Below are positions 33,399 through 42,850 of a stretch of DNA of 44,414 nt, one piece after another. Source of the DNA: a virus (taxonomy: Duplodnaviria > Caudoviricetes); the IMG/VR virus record IMGVR_UViG_3300007354_000003, positions 1-44,414 of that record; one strand, given 5' to 3'. The notes under the pieces were generated by a model. It made no database searches, was not told the origin of the DNA, and saw only the letters and a program-made list of their open reading frames with translations. Both the position numbers and the translations under genes were made by a program. The stretch's first letter is position 1, and every line of letters begins with the position of its first letter.

Positions 33399-34622
33399 TC
33401 ACCCTTTCCCCCTCTGCACCAGCCTGTCCACCACCGCCGCGAGCTCCCGCCGCGATACCGGCATGTCCGGCCGGAAGCCGCGCTCGTCCCCCACCATGAG
33501 GCCCGCGTCCCGCACCCGCGCGATGGCGTCCACTGCCCAGTCCTCCGGGTACACGTCGGGGAACGGGCCGGTGGTGAAGTAGGGCGTAGGGTCGAACCAT
33601 TCGCCGCGCGCGATGCAGCCGAGGTGGAGGTGGGGCTGCATGGGCTTCTCGTCGGTGCGGTTGCCGGTGGAGCCGGAAAGCCCGATGATGCCACCCTGCC
33701 TCACGGAAGAACCTATGGTTACGTCGATACGGGAGAGGTGGCAGTACCGCGACTCGCCGCCATCGGGCCAATGGGGATGACCGATGACCACGACATTGCC
33801 CGACCGGTATTCATAACCCTCGCGTATCACCACGCCGTTCGACACCGCGCGCACCGGTGTCCCTTCCGGACACGCGAAGTCCACGCCGTTGTGCTGGACC
33901 GGCCACGCCGTCCCCTTGTCGCCGAACCGCGCCGACACCGGGAACTTCTCCGGCACCGGGCGCAAGAGCTTCAATCCGAGACTCTCAGTCATAGGCGGTT
34001 CCTCCTCGTCTTGTGCGTCTTCCCCCGCGGGCTCCGCCGGGTTCAACCCCGTCTCCTCCAGCCACAGCCGCGCGCGCGTGATGGCCTCGCGCACCAGGGC
34101 CACGACATCCTCCCAGCCGCGCCAACCCCGTTCCCGTTTCCGAAGCTGGTGCGGGATGATGCGGAGAAGTGGGCCGCCCACTGCGAACCGGAAATCCTCC
34201 GCGAAACACTCGTCCGCCGTCCAGCCGGGGATGGGGAGCGGCTTCACAAGGGCCGCGTAGTGTGCCTGGAAGTCGTCGGGCATGTGGCGGAACCAGAATG
34301 CGTGTCCGAGTTCGTGCCCCACCGTCTGCCACATCCATTCGTCCGACTCGCGGCCCGAGACCAGCGCGCCGTAGTAGATGTGGCCCATCGGCGAGCAGTG
34401 CGCGAGCCCGCCGCAGGGGTTTTGCAGGACGTGGTGAGTCCACTCACCGAACGCGCGGGCCGGGTCGAGGAAGGGAAAGTCGAGCGCGGCGCGGCGGATT
34501 TCGTCGGGGTCGAAGTAGGTCCAGCCGTCGGCGTCGGAGCCGAGCTTCACGCGCGGGCCGCCGCGGAGGTAAAACCAGCCGCCTGCATGGCGGCGGTAGG
34601 TGATGATGGTGGGATAAGTCAT
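33399..34622 (-). CDS. Modular lysin: HExxH metallopeptidase + M23 peptidase + C-terminal SLH domain
   Basis: GHELGH..ECFAEDF; HNGVDF, YCHL, PHLHL; FPDV..WAVDAI..GLMVG..FRPDMPVSRRELA. Confidence 0.85.
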   Translation of the reverse strand: MTYPTIITYRRHAGGWFYLRGGPRVKLGSDADGWTYFDPDEIRRAALDFPFLDPARAFGEWTHHVLQNPCGGLAHCSPMGHIYYGALVSGRESDEWMWQTVGHELGHAFWFRHMPDDFQAHYAALVKPLPIPGWTADECFAEDFRFAVGGPLLRIIPHQLRKRERGWRGWEDVVALVREAITRARLWLEETGLNPAEPAGEDAQDEEEPPMTESLGLKLLRPVPEKFPVSARFGDKGTAWPVQHNGVDFACPEGTPVRAVSNGVVIREGYEYRSGNVVVIGHPHWPDGGESRYCHLSRIDVTIGSSVRQGGIIGLSGSTGNRTDEKPMQPHLHLGCIARGEWFDPTPYFTTGPFPDVYPEDWAVDAIARVRDAGLMVGDERGFRPDMPVSRRELAAVVDRLVQRGKG

Positions 34623-34656
34623 AACCGGTTGCCTTCTTTCACAATCTTCCATCCCC

Positions 34657-34920
34657 TCACCCCCCGAGCATTTTGACCAGGATGCCTATCGCCAGCAGGA
34701 CGCACGATGCGGCGACGGCGGCGAAGAACGCAGCGAACCGGCCGGAGAACCCCTCCACCGTGCGCCGAATTTCCTTCACGTCGTTCCTGATCTCGCCGAT
34801 GTCGCCGTTGACGCTCTTCCGCCATTCCTCCACGACGGCGACGCGCGTCTTCACCTCGGTGACCTCCGCCGCGATTCCGGCGACCGTCGCGCGGCCCATG
34901 ACGCTCACTCCCGTTTCCAT
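34657..34920 (-). CDS. Coiled-coil + C-terminal TM protein (lysis-associated, XhlA-like architecture)
   Basis: AAGGAG RBS; immediately upstream of the lysin. Confidence 0.65.
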   Translation of the reverse strand: METGVSVMGRATVAGIAAEVTEVKTRVAVVEEWRKSVNGDIGEIRNDVKEIRRTVEGFSGRFAAFFAAVAASCVLLAIGILVKMLGG

Positions 34921-35039
34921 TGTTCTTGTTCTCCTTCGCGGGTTCCTTCAAAGCAGTGAGAGATTGTGCGGTGCGATAGCAATCAGGAAACGCCGGCAGG
35001 GATTGCTGCGGCGGGACAGCGGAATGTGCAGTGTGGGTG

Positions 35040-35068
35040 TTGACAGCGGCGGCGGGGTGTGCTAGGAT
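35040..35068 (+). promoter_or_regulatory. SigA-type promoter facing against late transcription
   Basis: TTGACA-17-TAGGAT with TG extension. Confidence 0.7.
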
Positions 35069-35162
35069 TGGCTAGGGACAGGCACCTATCTCCGAAGCCG
35101 ACATTCACGCCACAATCGCGGCCTACATCCTAGCTCAATCGCGGCAACACTCACAACCTCCG

Positions 35163-35203
35163 GTCGGAACCCCTGGGTGGCGGGACCCGGGGGTTTCGAC
35201 TTT
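35163..35203. terminator. Long hairpin; likely terminator (T-tract on plus strand)
   Basis: GTCGGAACCCC...GGGGTTTCGAC-TTT. Confidence 0.65.
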
Positions 35204-38200
35204 CTACCCGCCGCCCCCTCCGAACAGCCCGCGCTTCCTCCCGCCGCCTCCTCCGAACAGCCCGCGTCTTTGTGCCCCGCCTGCGCCTCGTACCTCCTCC
35301 GCCGCCGGCACTTCGACCCCTCGGCTCCCCAGCGCGCCGAGCAGTTCCCGCAGCCGCCGGTTCTCGCGGTACGCCTTCTGCCGCGCCACGTCCTCCCCGC
35401 TCATCCCGTAGAGGCCGACGCCGAAGAAGGGCGAACCCAGCCGCTCCAGCGGTTCCTGGCCGCCGAGCACGCCGACGAGCCGCCCCACGTCCTTGAGGAG
35501 GACGAGTTGGTCCGCGAGGTAGCGCGCCCGCGCGGGCATCCGCACCTCGCGCTCGCCCGTGTCGGGGTCCGTCACTTCGACGAGGCCCAGGCGCGCGGCG
35601 ATGGGCTCCCAGCCGGGAAGCGGGGTGCCCGCCTTGTAGAGCGCCCAGAGGTAGCCCGGCGCCTTCACGTACTCGCCGGACACGTCCTCCAGCGGGGTGC
35701 CGGAGAAGAGCTGCGTGTTCGTGAACCATTCGACGGGGAGCTTCAGGAGGGGGTTCAGCATGGACAGGACCTCGCGCCCGGAGGGAAGGGAAAGGTCGTT
35801 CAGCGGGAGGTCCACGTTAGCGTAGAGCTGTTTGTCGCCGATCTGGAACGGGAGCCGCACGACGTAGGCGTCCCGCATCCACTCGGGGAGGTCGGCCTCG
35901 TCGGGTCCGGTGGAGAGTGTCTCCGCCGCGTCCTTCAGGTGGCCGAGTTTCGCGTAGACGCCGGGCTGCTGGAGGAGCATGGAGAACTGAAGGGGGATGT
36001 TCTTGCGGGACCAGGTGAAGAAAGGGAAGACTCTCTTGAGGACGTTTCGCTCGAACGGCGTCAGCTCGTCGTAATCGAACAGCGCCCCCTTGACCGACAG
36101 CACGGCCTCCTCGATGTCGAGGCCCTCCGCGCGCTTCGCGAGGTAGTGCGCCACGCGTGCGTTGTCCTCCACCGCCGTGCCCACGCGCCGCCCTGTGAGG
36201 ACGGGGTGCCGCAGGGCCTCTGCAAGCACGCCGCCGCGCGAGGGTTGCCGCGCCCCGCGCAGCACGTCCTCCAGCGTCTCGCCGATGTCCGCGCCCATCC
36301 AGCCGTGCCCTGTGACGCCGGAGGAGACGACCTCGCGCCAGAGTTCAAGGCCGTTCTTTCCCCGCACCCTGAGCGCGCGCAGGGCGTCGTCGCCCTTGGC
36401 CGCGGCCCGCTGGAGCCGGTAGGCGTCGCGGTAGAAGGAGATGTCGCGCACCCCGGCAAGCCAGTTGTTGAAGACGTTCGATATGGCGTTACGGATATGG
36501 AAGCCGGGCCGGGCCGCCGTGGCGAGGCCTTTCCAGAAGTTCGTCCCCTTGTCGAAGATGCCGAGGATGCCGCGCAGGGATTCGATGTTGGTGAACGGCT
36601 CTTTGAAGTCGTTGAGGAACCGCGCGACCTCCGGCGCGACCTTGACCCCTTTGAGTTGGGGGACCGGCGAATCGACGAAGTGCGCCGGTGCCGTCTTCGC
36701 GTCCGCCACCAGGTCGTCGCCGACCGCGCGCAGGGAAGCCAACATGTCGTGATTCGCCATGACGCGCGCGTGGGCGAGCTTGCGGATACCCATGACCTTC
36801 ACGAAGTCGTCCTCGATGGCGAGCTTCTCAAGGCCGGGGAACTGCCGCGCCCACTCCACGAACCGCTCCAGGTCCTCGAACGTCTCCAGCGTCCGCTTCT
36901 TCGCGAACCGCGTCTTCGTCGGGAGTTTCGCGAGCCGCTTCTGCCACTTCGCGAGCGCGGCCGCCTCCGCCACGCCCTTGGCCATCTCCTCCGCGATGAA
37001 CGCGGCCTTCTCCGCCTCCTGCGCAGCCTTGCCGCCGGCCGCCTCCGCGCCCTGCTTCCATTTCGCCATGGCGTTATGGAGCTGGTCCGCCACCTCCCGC
37101 GAGTACCCGCGCAGGATGTGGGGGTAGTAGTTCGCCCGCACGTCGTCGAGCGCGCCCACGGCCTTCTCCGTCGCGCCCAGGGTGTCGAACGTCTCCTTGG
37201 CTTCGGCGGCGAAGGGCCGCAGGGCCTCGGGGAGTTCATCTATGCGCCCGGAATCGACGGCGCGCATGATGGCGTAGGACGGGGAGAGTTTCTTCGCGGC
37301 GGGAGGGGTGTACTCGAGGAGTTCTTTCGCGGCCTTCTTGCCGAAATCGGGGTGCTTCAAAAGCTTCTTGAACGCCTTCATCTCTTCGCCGGAGAGCTTC
37401 GTCAGCGAGTCCACGCCGAAGAGTTCCTGCGCGAGGTCGTGTAGCCGCGCGTGATCCGCGCCCACCTTCGCCCCGGCCTTGTGGAGCATGGCGATATCGC
37501 GCTTCGCGGCCGCCTTCTCCGCCGCCCGCCATTCGACCCCGCCCACGGCCCGGCGCACGGGCTCGAACTCCCGCGCGAGGTTCCGCGTGTCCTCGAACAC
37601 CTGCCGCGCGCCCGCCCGCGTCGTGTCCCTGAACCGCCGCCCCACGTCGCGGAGCCGCTGAGCGTAACCGTAGCCCACCTCGAACGCCTGGCCCAGGGGC
37701 CTCGTCACCGCGCGCCCAAGCCGCGCAGCCGCGCCACCGGCCCGCGTCTCCGCCACACGCCCGAGCGCCCGCTCCAGCGCCTCGCCGGGCCGCGCGAGGG
37801 AGACGCCAGCTTGCACCTTCCTGCCGCCGGAGAACGGGATGCCCGTGCCCACCTGGAGCCGCCGCGCCGGTTTCGCCCGGAGCAGCGCCTCCTCCAGCGG
37901 GCCGCGGAGCGTCGCGTCGCCCAGCCGCTTCGCCGTGTTCTCCGCCATCTCGGAGGCCGCCTTGCGCGAAACCCGCCCCTTGAGGCCGCGCTTCGCCGCC
38001 TCCTCCGCGAGTTCGCGCGCCGTCCGCTCCAGGGCCTCCTCGCCGAGTTCGCGCCCGGCCGCCTTCATCGTGCCCTTGAGCGCACCCTTCAGGCCCGCGC
38101 GCGTGACGCCCGCCGCGCCCAGGGTGACGTACGTCGCCGGGTCGAGGAGCACGTCACCGATGAAGGACACCGCGCCCTTGGCGAACTTGCCCGCCTTCGT

Positions 38201-38563
38201 CTCCGGTTCCCAGCCAACGTCGGAGAGGATGTCGGAGACGGTGTCCTTCTCCTTGAGGGTGAGGCCCTCCCAAGCCTCCCGGCCCACCGCGCCGAGGCCG
38301 CCGCCCGCCAGGGCTTCGCGGAGGCCGCCCGTGACGGCGTAGTATGGGCGGGATATCTGGTAGAGGAGCCAGGACAGGCCGCGGAGGGTCTTCTGCCCGA
38401 GGGATTCGGCGGGCTGTCCCGCCGCGGCAAGGCGCGCGCGCAGGGTCTCGTTGGCCGCGAGGGTGCGTGAGAGGGGGTCCTGGGTGGTGGCCGTGGGGGA
38501 TTGGAAGATGCCGCGCCGCGCGCCCGCGCCCCCGGCGGTGCTGCGGAAGAGGCCGCGCGCCAT
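35204..38563 (-). CDS. Large internal virion/DNA-ejection protein (about 1120 aa)
   Basis: Helical, Ala-rich; DVLLDPATY, RPGFHIRN, LFDYDELTPFERNVLKRVFPFFTWSRKN motifs typical of podovirus ejection proteins. Confidence 0.7.
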   Translation of the reverse strand: MARGLFRSTAGGAGARRGIFQSPTATTQDPLSRTLAANETLRARLAAAGQPAESLGQKTLRGLSWLLYQISRPYYAVTGGLREALAGGGLGAVGREAWEGLTLKEKDTVSDILSDVGWEPETKAGKFAKGAVSFIGDVLLDPATYVTLGAAGVTRAGLKGALKGTMKAAGRELGEEALERTARELAEEAAKRGLKGRVSRKAASEMAENTAKRLGDATLRGPLEEALLRAKPARRLQVGTGIPFSGGRKVQAGVSLARPGEALERALGRVAETRAGGAAARLGRAVTRPLGQAFEVGYGYAQRLRDVGRRFRDTTRAGARQVFEDTRNLAREFEPVRRAVGGVEWRAAEKAAAKRDIAMLHKAGAKVGADHARLHDLAQELFGVDSLTKLSGEEMKAFKKLLKHPDFGKKAAKELLEYTPPAAKKLSPSYAIMRAVDSGRIDELPEALRPFAAEAKETFDTLGATEKAVGALDDVRANYYPHILRGYSREVADQLHNAMAKWKQGAEAAGGKAAQEAEKAAFIAEEMAKGVAEAAALAKWQKRLAKLPTKTRFAKKRTLETFEDLERFVEWARQFPGLEKLAIEDDFVKVMGIRKLAHARVMANHDMLASLRAVGDDLVADAKTAPAHFVDSPVPQLKGVKVAPEVARFLNDFKEPFTNIESLRGILGIFDKGTNFWKGLATAARPGFHIRNAISNVFNNWLAGVRDISFYRDAYRLQRAAAKGDDALRALRVRGKNGLELWREVVSSGVTGHGWMGADIGETLEDVLRGARQPSRGGVLAEALRHPVLTGRRVGTAVEDNARVAHYLAKRAEGLDIEEAVLSVKGALFDYDELTPFERNVLKRVFPFFTWSRKNIPLQFSMLLQQPGVYAKLGHLKDAAETLSTGPDEADLPEWMRDAYVVRLPFQIGDKQLYANVDLPLNDLSLPSGREVLSMLNPLLKLPVEWFTNTQLFSGTPLEDVSGEYVKAPGYLWALYKAGTPLPGWEPIAARLGLVEVTDPDTGEREVRMPARARYLADQLVLLKDVGRLVGVLGGQEPLERLGSPFFGVGLYGMSGEDVARQKAYRENRRLRELLGALGSRGVEVPAAEEVRGAGGAQRRGLFGGGGGRKRGLFGGGGG

Positions 38564-39729
38564 CACTCAGTCCGCCCCAGGCCGCCGCCGGCAGTGCCGG
38601 TCGAACCGCCCGCGCGGCCGCCCGGACTCGTGGTGCCGCCCGCACTGGGTTCCTTCATGCCAAGATATCGCCGCATGGCCTGGAGGAGCAGGTCCGCCTC
38701 AGCGCGCGTATATTCCCCGATGAGGACGAACGCTTCGATAGCCTGCGCCACTTGCTGATAAGTACGACCCTCATCAAGACGGCTCATCCAGCCCTGAAGT
38801 TCCGCGCCGATGTCGAACTCGGCCGGGTCCGTGCCTTGCGCCGCGGCCGCCCGCGAGATGTCCGCCGCCAGTCTGTCGCGCTCTAGCTTGAGTTCCTCTT
38901 CGAACCGCCGCGCGCTCTCGCCGAACTCCCTCTCGGTCATCCCGCGCTCCCATGCCCGCTGTTCCTCTTCTGTCCGGAACCCGCGTTCGGTCATCGCGCG
39001 CTCCCACGCCTGCTGGTCCAGTCCCGCGCGTGCGAGGGCCTCATCCAGCGAAAGCCGCCGCTCCGCCTGCGCCGCGCCGGTCTCCGCCGCGAACACGCTG
39101 GGAGCCTGCGAGAGTGCCCGCGCCAGGAGGTCCTGGACCGCCCTCGCCTGGTCCGCCCGGCTGAACGTCGAACCCACCATGCCCGGGCCGCGCGCCACCA
39201 TCGCCTCGCGCACCATGTTCATAGCCTCGGGAGCCATCGACCGGGCCGCGCCCAGGAGTGCCTGCATGAGCGGGGACGATTCCACCGACCACTGCCCTGC
39301 CGCCGGAGCCGCCGCCCTGGGCTGGGCCGCGCCGAAGACACCGCCCGCGCCGCCACCGAGGAGGCCGCCGAGCCTGCCCGGCGCCGGACCCGCCGGGCCG
39401 ATGCCCGGACGGCCTGCGCCACCGACGAACCCCTGCACGCCCGGCGCGTTGTGCGGACCCGCCAGCGAGACCGCCGCGGGGTTGCCTGCCGCGAGCAGGG
39501 CCTTGAACTGGTCGAGGGGCGCGCCGGGGTAGCCGGTGATGGTGCCGCCTCTCGTCATAGCCTCGTAGAGCGCGCGCACGTCACCTTCGGAGACGGTCTG
39601 CGGGAGGACGGCGCGCCGGCCGGTGACGGTGTAGACGCGCCCGGATTCGTCGCGCACGGTGGAAGGCTGGTTGCGGGGACCGGCCTTCGATGCCCGGTAG
39701 TACTTCTGCGCGTATGTGCCTTGCGCCAT
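38563..39729 (-). CDS. Putative internal virion protein
   Basis: AGGAGG RBS; Gly/Ala-rich with QxAWERxMTER repeats. Confidence 0.65.
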   Translation of the reverse strand: MAQGTYAQKYYRASKAGPRNQPSTVRDESGRVYTVTGRRAVLPQTVSEGDVRALYEAMTRGGTITGYPGAPLDQFKALLAAGNPAAVSLAGPHNAPGVQGFVGGAGRPGIGPAGPAPGRLGGLLGGGAGGVFGAAQPRAAAPAAGQWSVESSPLMQALLGAARSMAPEAMNMVREAMVARGPGMVGSTFSRADQARAVQDLLARALSQAPSVFAAETGAAQAERRLSLDEALARAGLDQQAWERAMTERGFRTEEEQRAWERGMTEREFGESARRFEEELKLERDRLAADISRAAAAQGTDPAEFDIGAELQGWMSRLDEGRTYQQVAQAIEAFVLIGEYTRAEADLLLQAMRRYLGMKEPSAGGTTSPGGRAGGSTGTAGGGLGRTE

Positions 39730-39784
39730 GACAACAACCTCCTAGCCCCCGCCGCCCTGGGGAGAGGGGGAGGGAGCGCGTTCG

Positions 39785-39814
39785 AAACAAAAACCCCGCC
39801 CGGTGGGGCGGGGT
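39785..39814 (-). terminator. Intrinsic terminator after the moron
   Basis: ACCCCGCCC...GGGCGGGGT followed by TTTTGTTT. Confidence 0.75.
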
Positions 39815-39841
39815 CCGAAGAGGGGTGGGGGTGGAGTTAGG

Positions 39842-40576
39842 TTAGGGTGCCGTCCAGGTGCCGACGGTCACGGGCTGGCCCAAGACGGTCACGGGTTGGT
39901 CTAGCCCGCCTTCAAGTAGTGGGAAGTACGAATAAGTTACACTGGTAATGGTCACGCCGGGCCAGAAGGTCTTGTACAAGAATGTCATCGTGGCATCCTG
40001 CCCCGGCTCTAATGTCTCCCGGTCAACCATCCCCGGCTCACTGCTCGGCGTGACCCTGTCGAACTCGGCTTCAAGACTGGGGTTCGAAAGGGTAATGCCG
40101 AGCCGTCTCGGCTTAGTAGGTCCCAGGATGATGTCCGTCCCGCGATTGGAGACGGCAAGAGAGATGATTGGCAATCCATTCTGATCGTAATCCACATCCA
40201 CCGTGACAGTGACACCGTTTGTTGTTATCGCTTGACCGAACATTGCATTACCGTCCAATGCACCCTCCACCACCTTAACGCCCTCTCTCTGAATTCCCGT
40301 TGTGTCCACTATGGTGGTGTAACTCTCGCCGTCCCATTGGACTTCCGCGCCAAGCACTTCCGCGACCGCGCGCAAGGGCAGGATTACACGCCCGCCAAGA
40401 AGCATTGCTGGAACGTCGTCCTCCGCGAAAGTCAATGCCTTACCGTTGACCACCACCTGAACGATAGGGAACGACAGTTCCTCAGTGACCGCATAGTAAC
40501 CGAAACTACTGCTCCATACCGCCGCGCCGCCACCGAGAATGAGACCAACCAGAAGACCTGCCGCAAACCGTTTCAT
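39842..40576 (-). CDS. Secreted copper-amine-oxidase-N/stalk-domain protein (moron)
   Basis: Signal MKRFAAGLLVGLILG; VVVNGK..PAMLLGGRVILPLRAVAEVLGAEVQWDG; lower GC than flanks. Confidence 0.8.
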   Translation of the reverse strand: MKRFAAGLLVGLILGGGAAVWSSSFGYYAVTEELSFPIVQVVVNGKALTFAEDDVPAMLLGGRVILPLRAVAEVLGAEVQWDGESYTTIVDTTGIQREGVKVVEGALDGNAMFGQAITTNGVTVTVDVDYDQNGLPIISLAVSNRGTDIILGPTKPRRLGITLSNPSLEAEFDRVTPSSEPGMVDRETLEPGQDATMTFLYKTFWPGVTITSVTYSYFPLLEGGLDQPVTVLGQPVTVGTWTAP

Positions 40577-40629
40577 TTTTGAACCCTCCCACAAGGTTTC
40601 TCTATCCCCATATCATACGTGGGAGAGTC

Positions 40630-40655
40630 CTTCTGTACTCCAGCACGAATTTCCT
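40630..40655 (-). promoter_or_regulatory. Candidate SigH-type promoter
   Basis: AGGAAATT...; AGGA-N18-GAAG. Confidence 0.45.
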
Positions 40656-41394
40656 ACTTCGGCAGGGTCATCAGGTAGATTCCGTCGTACTGGACCCGGA
40701 TTCGCCCAAGCTGGGTGGAGGTCAGGGTGATGGTGTTCTCCGCCTCCGGGTAGGTGACGTAGGCCGTGATGTCGAGGTCCGTCTGGTCGGTCGTGAACCC
40801 TGTTCCGCCGCCAAGAGCTGCCGTCCGGTCCACGCCGTTGATGGTCACCGTCACGCCGGTGGCCGACGTGCCTTTGTAGATGCCGTAAACGGCAGTGTGC
40901 GTATGGTCCGAGACTGTCACCCAGTGCGTGTGGCCTATATTGTGGTCGTGTTTATAGATGTAGTGGCTATGTGCACCATCAGCAGTTACGGCTCCAGCGT
41001 GGTCGTGGTTTGCCGCGGCTAGGATGACCCCTCCCCAAGTGGCCGTCCCCCAGTTCTCAAGGCCCGTGGTTGTAGCGGAGGACGTTCCGCTCGTCACCGA
41101 ATCGCCGCCCCCCGCCGCCGCCGTCTTGGAGTACGCGCGGAACGGGAGGAGCCAGAAGCGCAGGGTGAACCGGAGCACCTTCACCGTCTCAGAAGGCATG
41201 TAGAACTTGAGGCTGAAGGAGTTCGTCGCGTCAAGGGAATCTGAATCCGTGTCGCCGATGAACGCGGGGACGTGGTTCGGACCCCACAGCCCGCGCGAGT
41301 AGTTGTAGAACAGCTCGTCGAGGAGCATGAGTTCCGCCCGCGACCACTTGCGCTCGATGTCGCGCGGCGCGTCGTTGTCCCAGACCAAAGCCAA
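40654..41394 (-). CDS. Tail-associated protein with His-repeat segment
   Basis: HDH, HSH, HTH repeats typical of fibre/spike tips. Confidence 0.65.
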   Translation of the reverse strand: MALVWDNDAPRDIERKWSRAELMLLDELFYNYSRGLWGPNHVPAFIGDTDSDSLDATNSFSLKFYMPSETVKVLRFTLRFWLLPFRAYSKTAAAGGGDSVTSGTSSATTTGLENWGTATWGGVILAAANHDHAGAVTADGAHSHYIYKHDHNIGHTHWVTVSDHTHTAVYGIYKGTSATGVTVTINGVDRTAALGGGTGFTTDQTDLDITAYVTYPEAENTITLTSTQLGRIRVQYDGIYLMTLPK

Positions 41395-41395
41395 T

Positions 41396-42850
41396 CTAGA
41401 CCCCGCCCTTCCGAAGTTGCACCGTCATGCCACGCAGGGTGGCGGGCCCGGCGGTGCCGTAGACTTTCACGCGGAACTGGTGCGCGCGCGTGTCCTCGCC
41501 CGACGCGAACGGCGCCCACAGGTGCTTCGTGGGTGCTTCCGTCGCAAGGTCCACGGTGGAGGCCGTGCCGTAGGAACCGGAGGCCGCCGTGTCGTAGGCG
41601 ACCGACGCGGTGCCGGCGGATTCGACCTTGAAGACCGGCGTCACGCGCTCAAGGTAGTGATAGACGTTCCTGTCGCCCAGCGGGAACACGCCCGTCTCGC
41701 GCGACCACGCCACGTCCGTCGCGCCGTCCTGCGTGCCCTGGAGGCCCTTCCACACGAACCCCGCGTCGTCGCCCCACGCGAGGTAGTCCACACCGCCGAC
41801 CTGGATGGTGGCGAAGAGGTACGGCGCGATGCCGGACCAGACGGACCAGACGTTCCAGCGCGGGTAGTAGACGAGGACCTTGTCGGGGACGGTCGCGGAG
41901 CCGGTGGGGATGGCGAAGAGGACGCGCTCGACGCCGCCGGAGTTCGTGTGGCCCGCCGCGATCCGGGAATAGTAGGACTTGTTGAGCGTGTCCCACGTCG
42001 CCTGGACGGGCTGCTGTATCTGCTCCGGCGCGCCATAGCCCGAATAGCGGTAGATGCCGTCGCGCGCGGCGAAGTAGAACTCGCCGCCCGGCGTCACGAC
42101 GCCCGCCTCCTGGCTCACCGGCCCGGCCCGGCGCGTCACGTAGTCCGCGGTGAAGTCGGAAGGCCCGGTGCCGCGGAGGAGGTACAGCGCGCGCTCCTTG
42201 CCGGCGAGGAGCCGCCCCCAGCCGCGAAGTTCCCACAGCCCGGTCCCCACCGTGCCGTCGTTCGTGTCGATGGGGATGGAGCCCGCCGCGCCCGCGCCGG
42301 TCGTCGTCGTCCAGTCCTCGGCATCCTCCAGCGCGGAGAAGTAGAGGATGGATTCGTAGCCGCTCGCGTTCAGCGCGAACACGCGGTCGGCGTGCGTGAT
42401 GCAGTACTTCGCCGTGGGTGGGGAGCCGCCGAGGGCGGACCACGTCGTGCCGTCGGTCGATTTCTTCGGCGCGTCCGGCCCGAACATGATGGCCGTGTCC
42501 TTGTAGACACAGAAGCGCACGTTGCCCGCCGTGAGGCCCGTCGCCACGGAGTCGAAGGCCGACGTGCCCGTGTTCCACTTGTAGAGGGCCGTGCCGCACT
42601 TCGCGAGGAGGGCGCGTGTCCCGCCGGAGAAGCCCACGTCGAAGAGGCCGGTGACGGGGTTCGCGCTCATCGCCGTCGTGCTGAGCTTCGCGGAGCCCGC
42701 GCGCACCGACACGGCCGGCCATTCGGTGTAGTCCATGTTCGACATGGCCGACGCCGTGTGCAGCGGGAGGTGCGTTATGGCGGTCGATTCGTCCACGCCG
42801 CCGCCGAAGTGCGGGAATTCGAGGGAATAGGCGTTCTGCGCGGCTACCAC
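41396..42850 (-). CDS. Tail nozzle/head-stabilisation protein (P22 gp10 / T7 gp12-like beta-propeller)
   Basis: FGGGVD N-terminus; LYFSALEDAEDW; follows the adaptor gene. Confidence 0.7.
   Translation of the reverse strand: MVAAQNAYSLEFPHFGGGVDESTAITHLPLHTASAMSNMDYTEWPAVSVRAGSAKLSTTAMSANPVTGLFDVGFSGGTRALLAKCGTALYKWNTGTSAFDSVATGLTAGNVRFCVYKDTAIMFGPDAPKKSTDGTTWSALGGSPPTAKYCITHADRVFALNASGYESILYFSALEDAEDWTTTTGAGAAGSIPIDTNDGTVGTGLWELRGWGRLLAGKERALYLLRGTGPSDFTADYVTRRAGPVSQEAGVVTPGGEFYFAARDGIYRYSGYGAPEQIQQPVQATWDTLNKSYYSRIAAGHTNSGGVERVLFAIPTGSATVPDKVLVYYPRWNVWSVWSGIAPYLFATIQVGGVDYLAWGDDAGFVWKGLQGTQDGATDVAWSRETGVFPLGDRNVYHYLERVTPVFKVESAGTASVAYDTAASGSYGTASTVDLATEAPTKHLWAPFASGEDTRAHQFRVKVYGTAGPATLRGMTVQLRKGGV

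Noticed and set aside
35177-37444. Long plus-strand ORFs (755 aa here; also 56-1597, 20065-21378, 27103-28380, 33390-34676, 41327-42856)
   Set aside because: Antisense shadows of real minus-strand genes in high-GC DNA, with no motifs or RBS
35204-38563. Tape measure protein or virion RNA polymerase
   Set aside because: No tail tube or chaperone genes nearby and no polymerase catalytic motifs recognised; context fits an ejection protein
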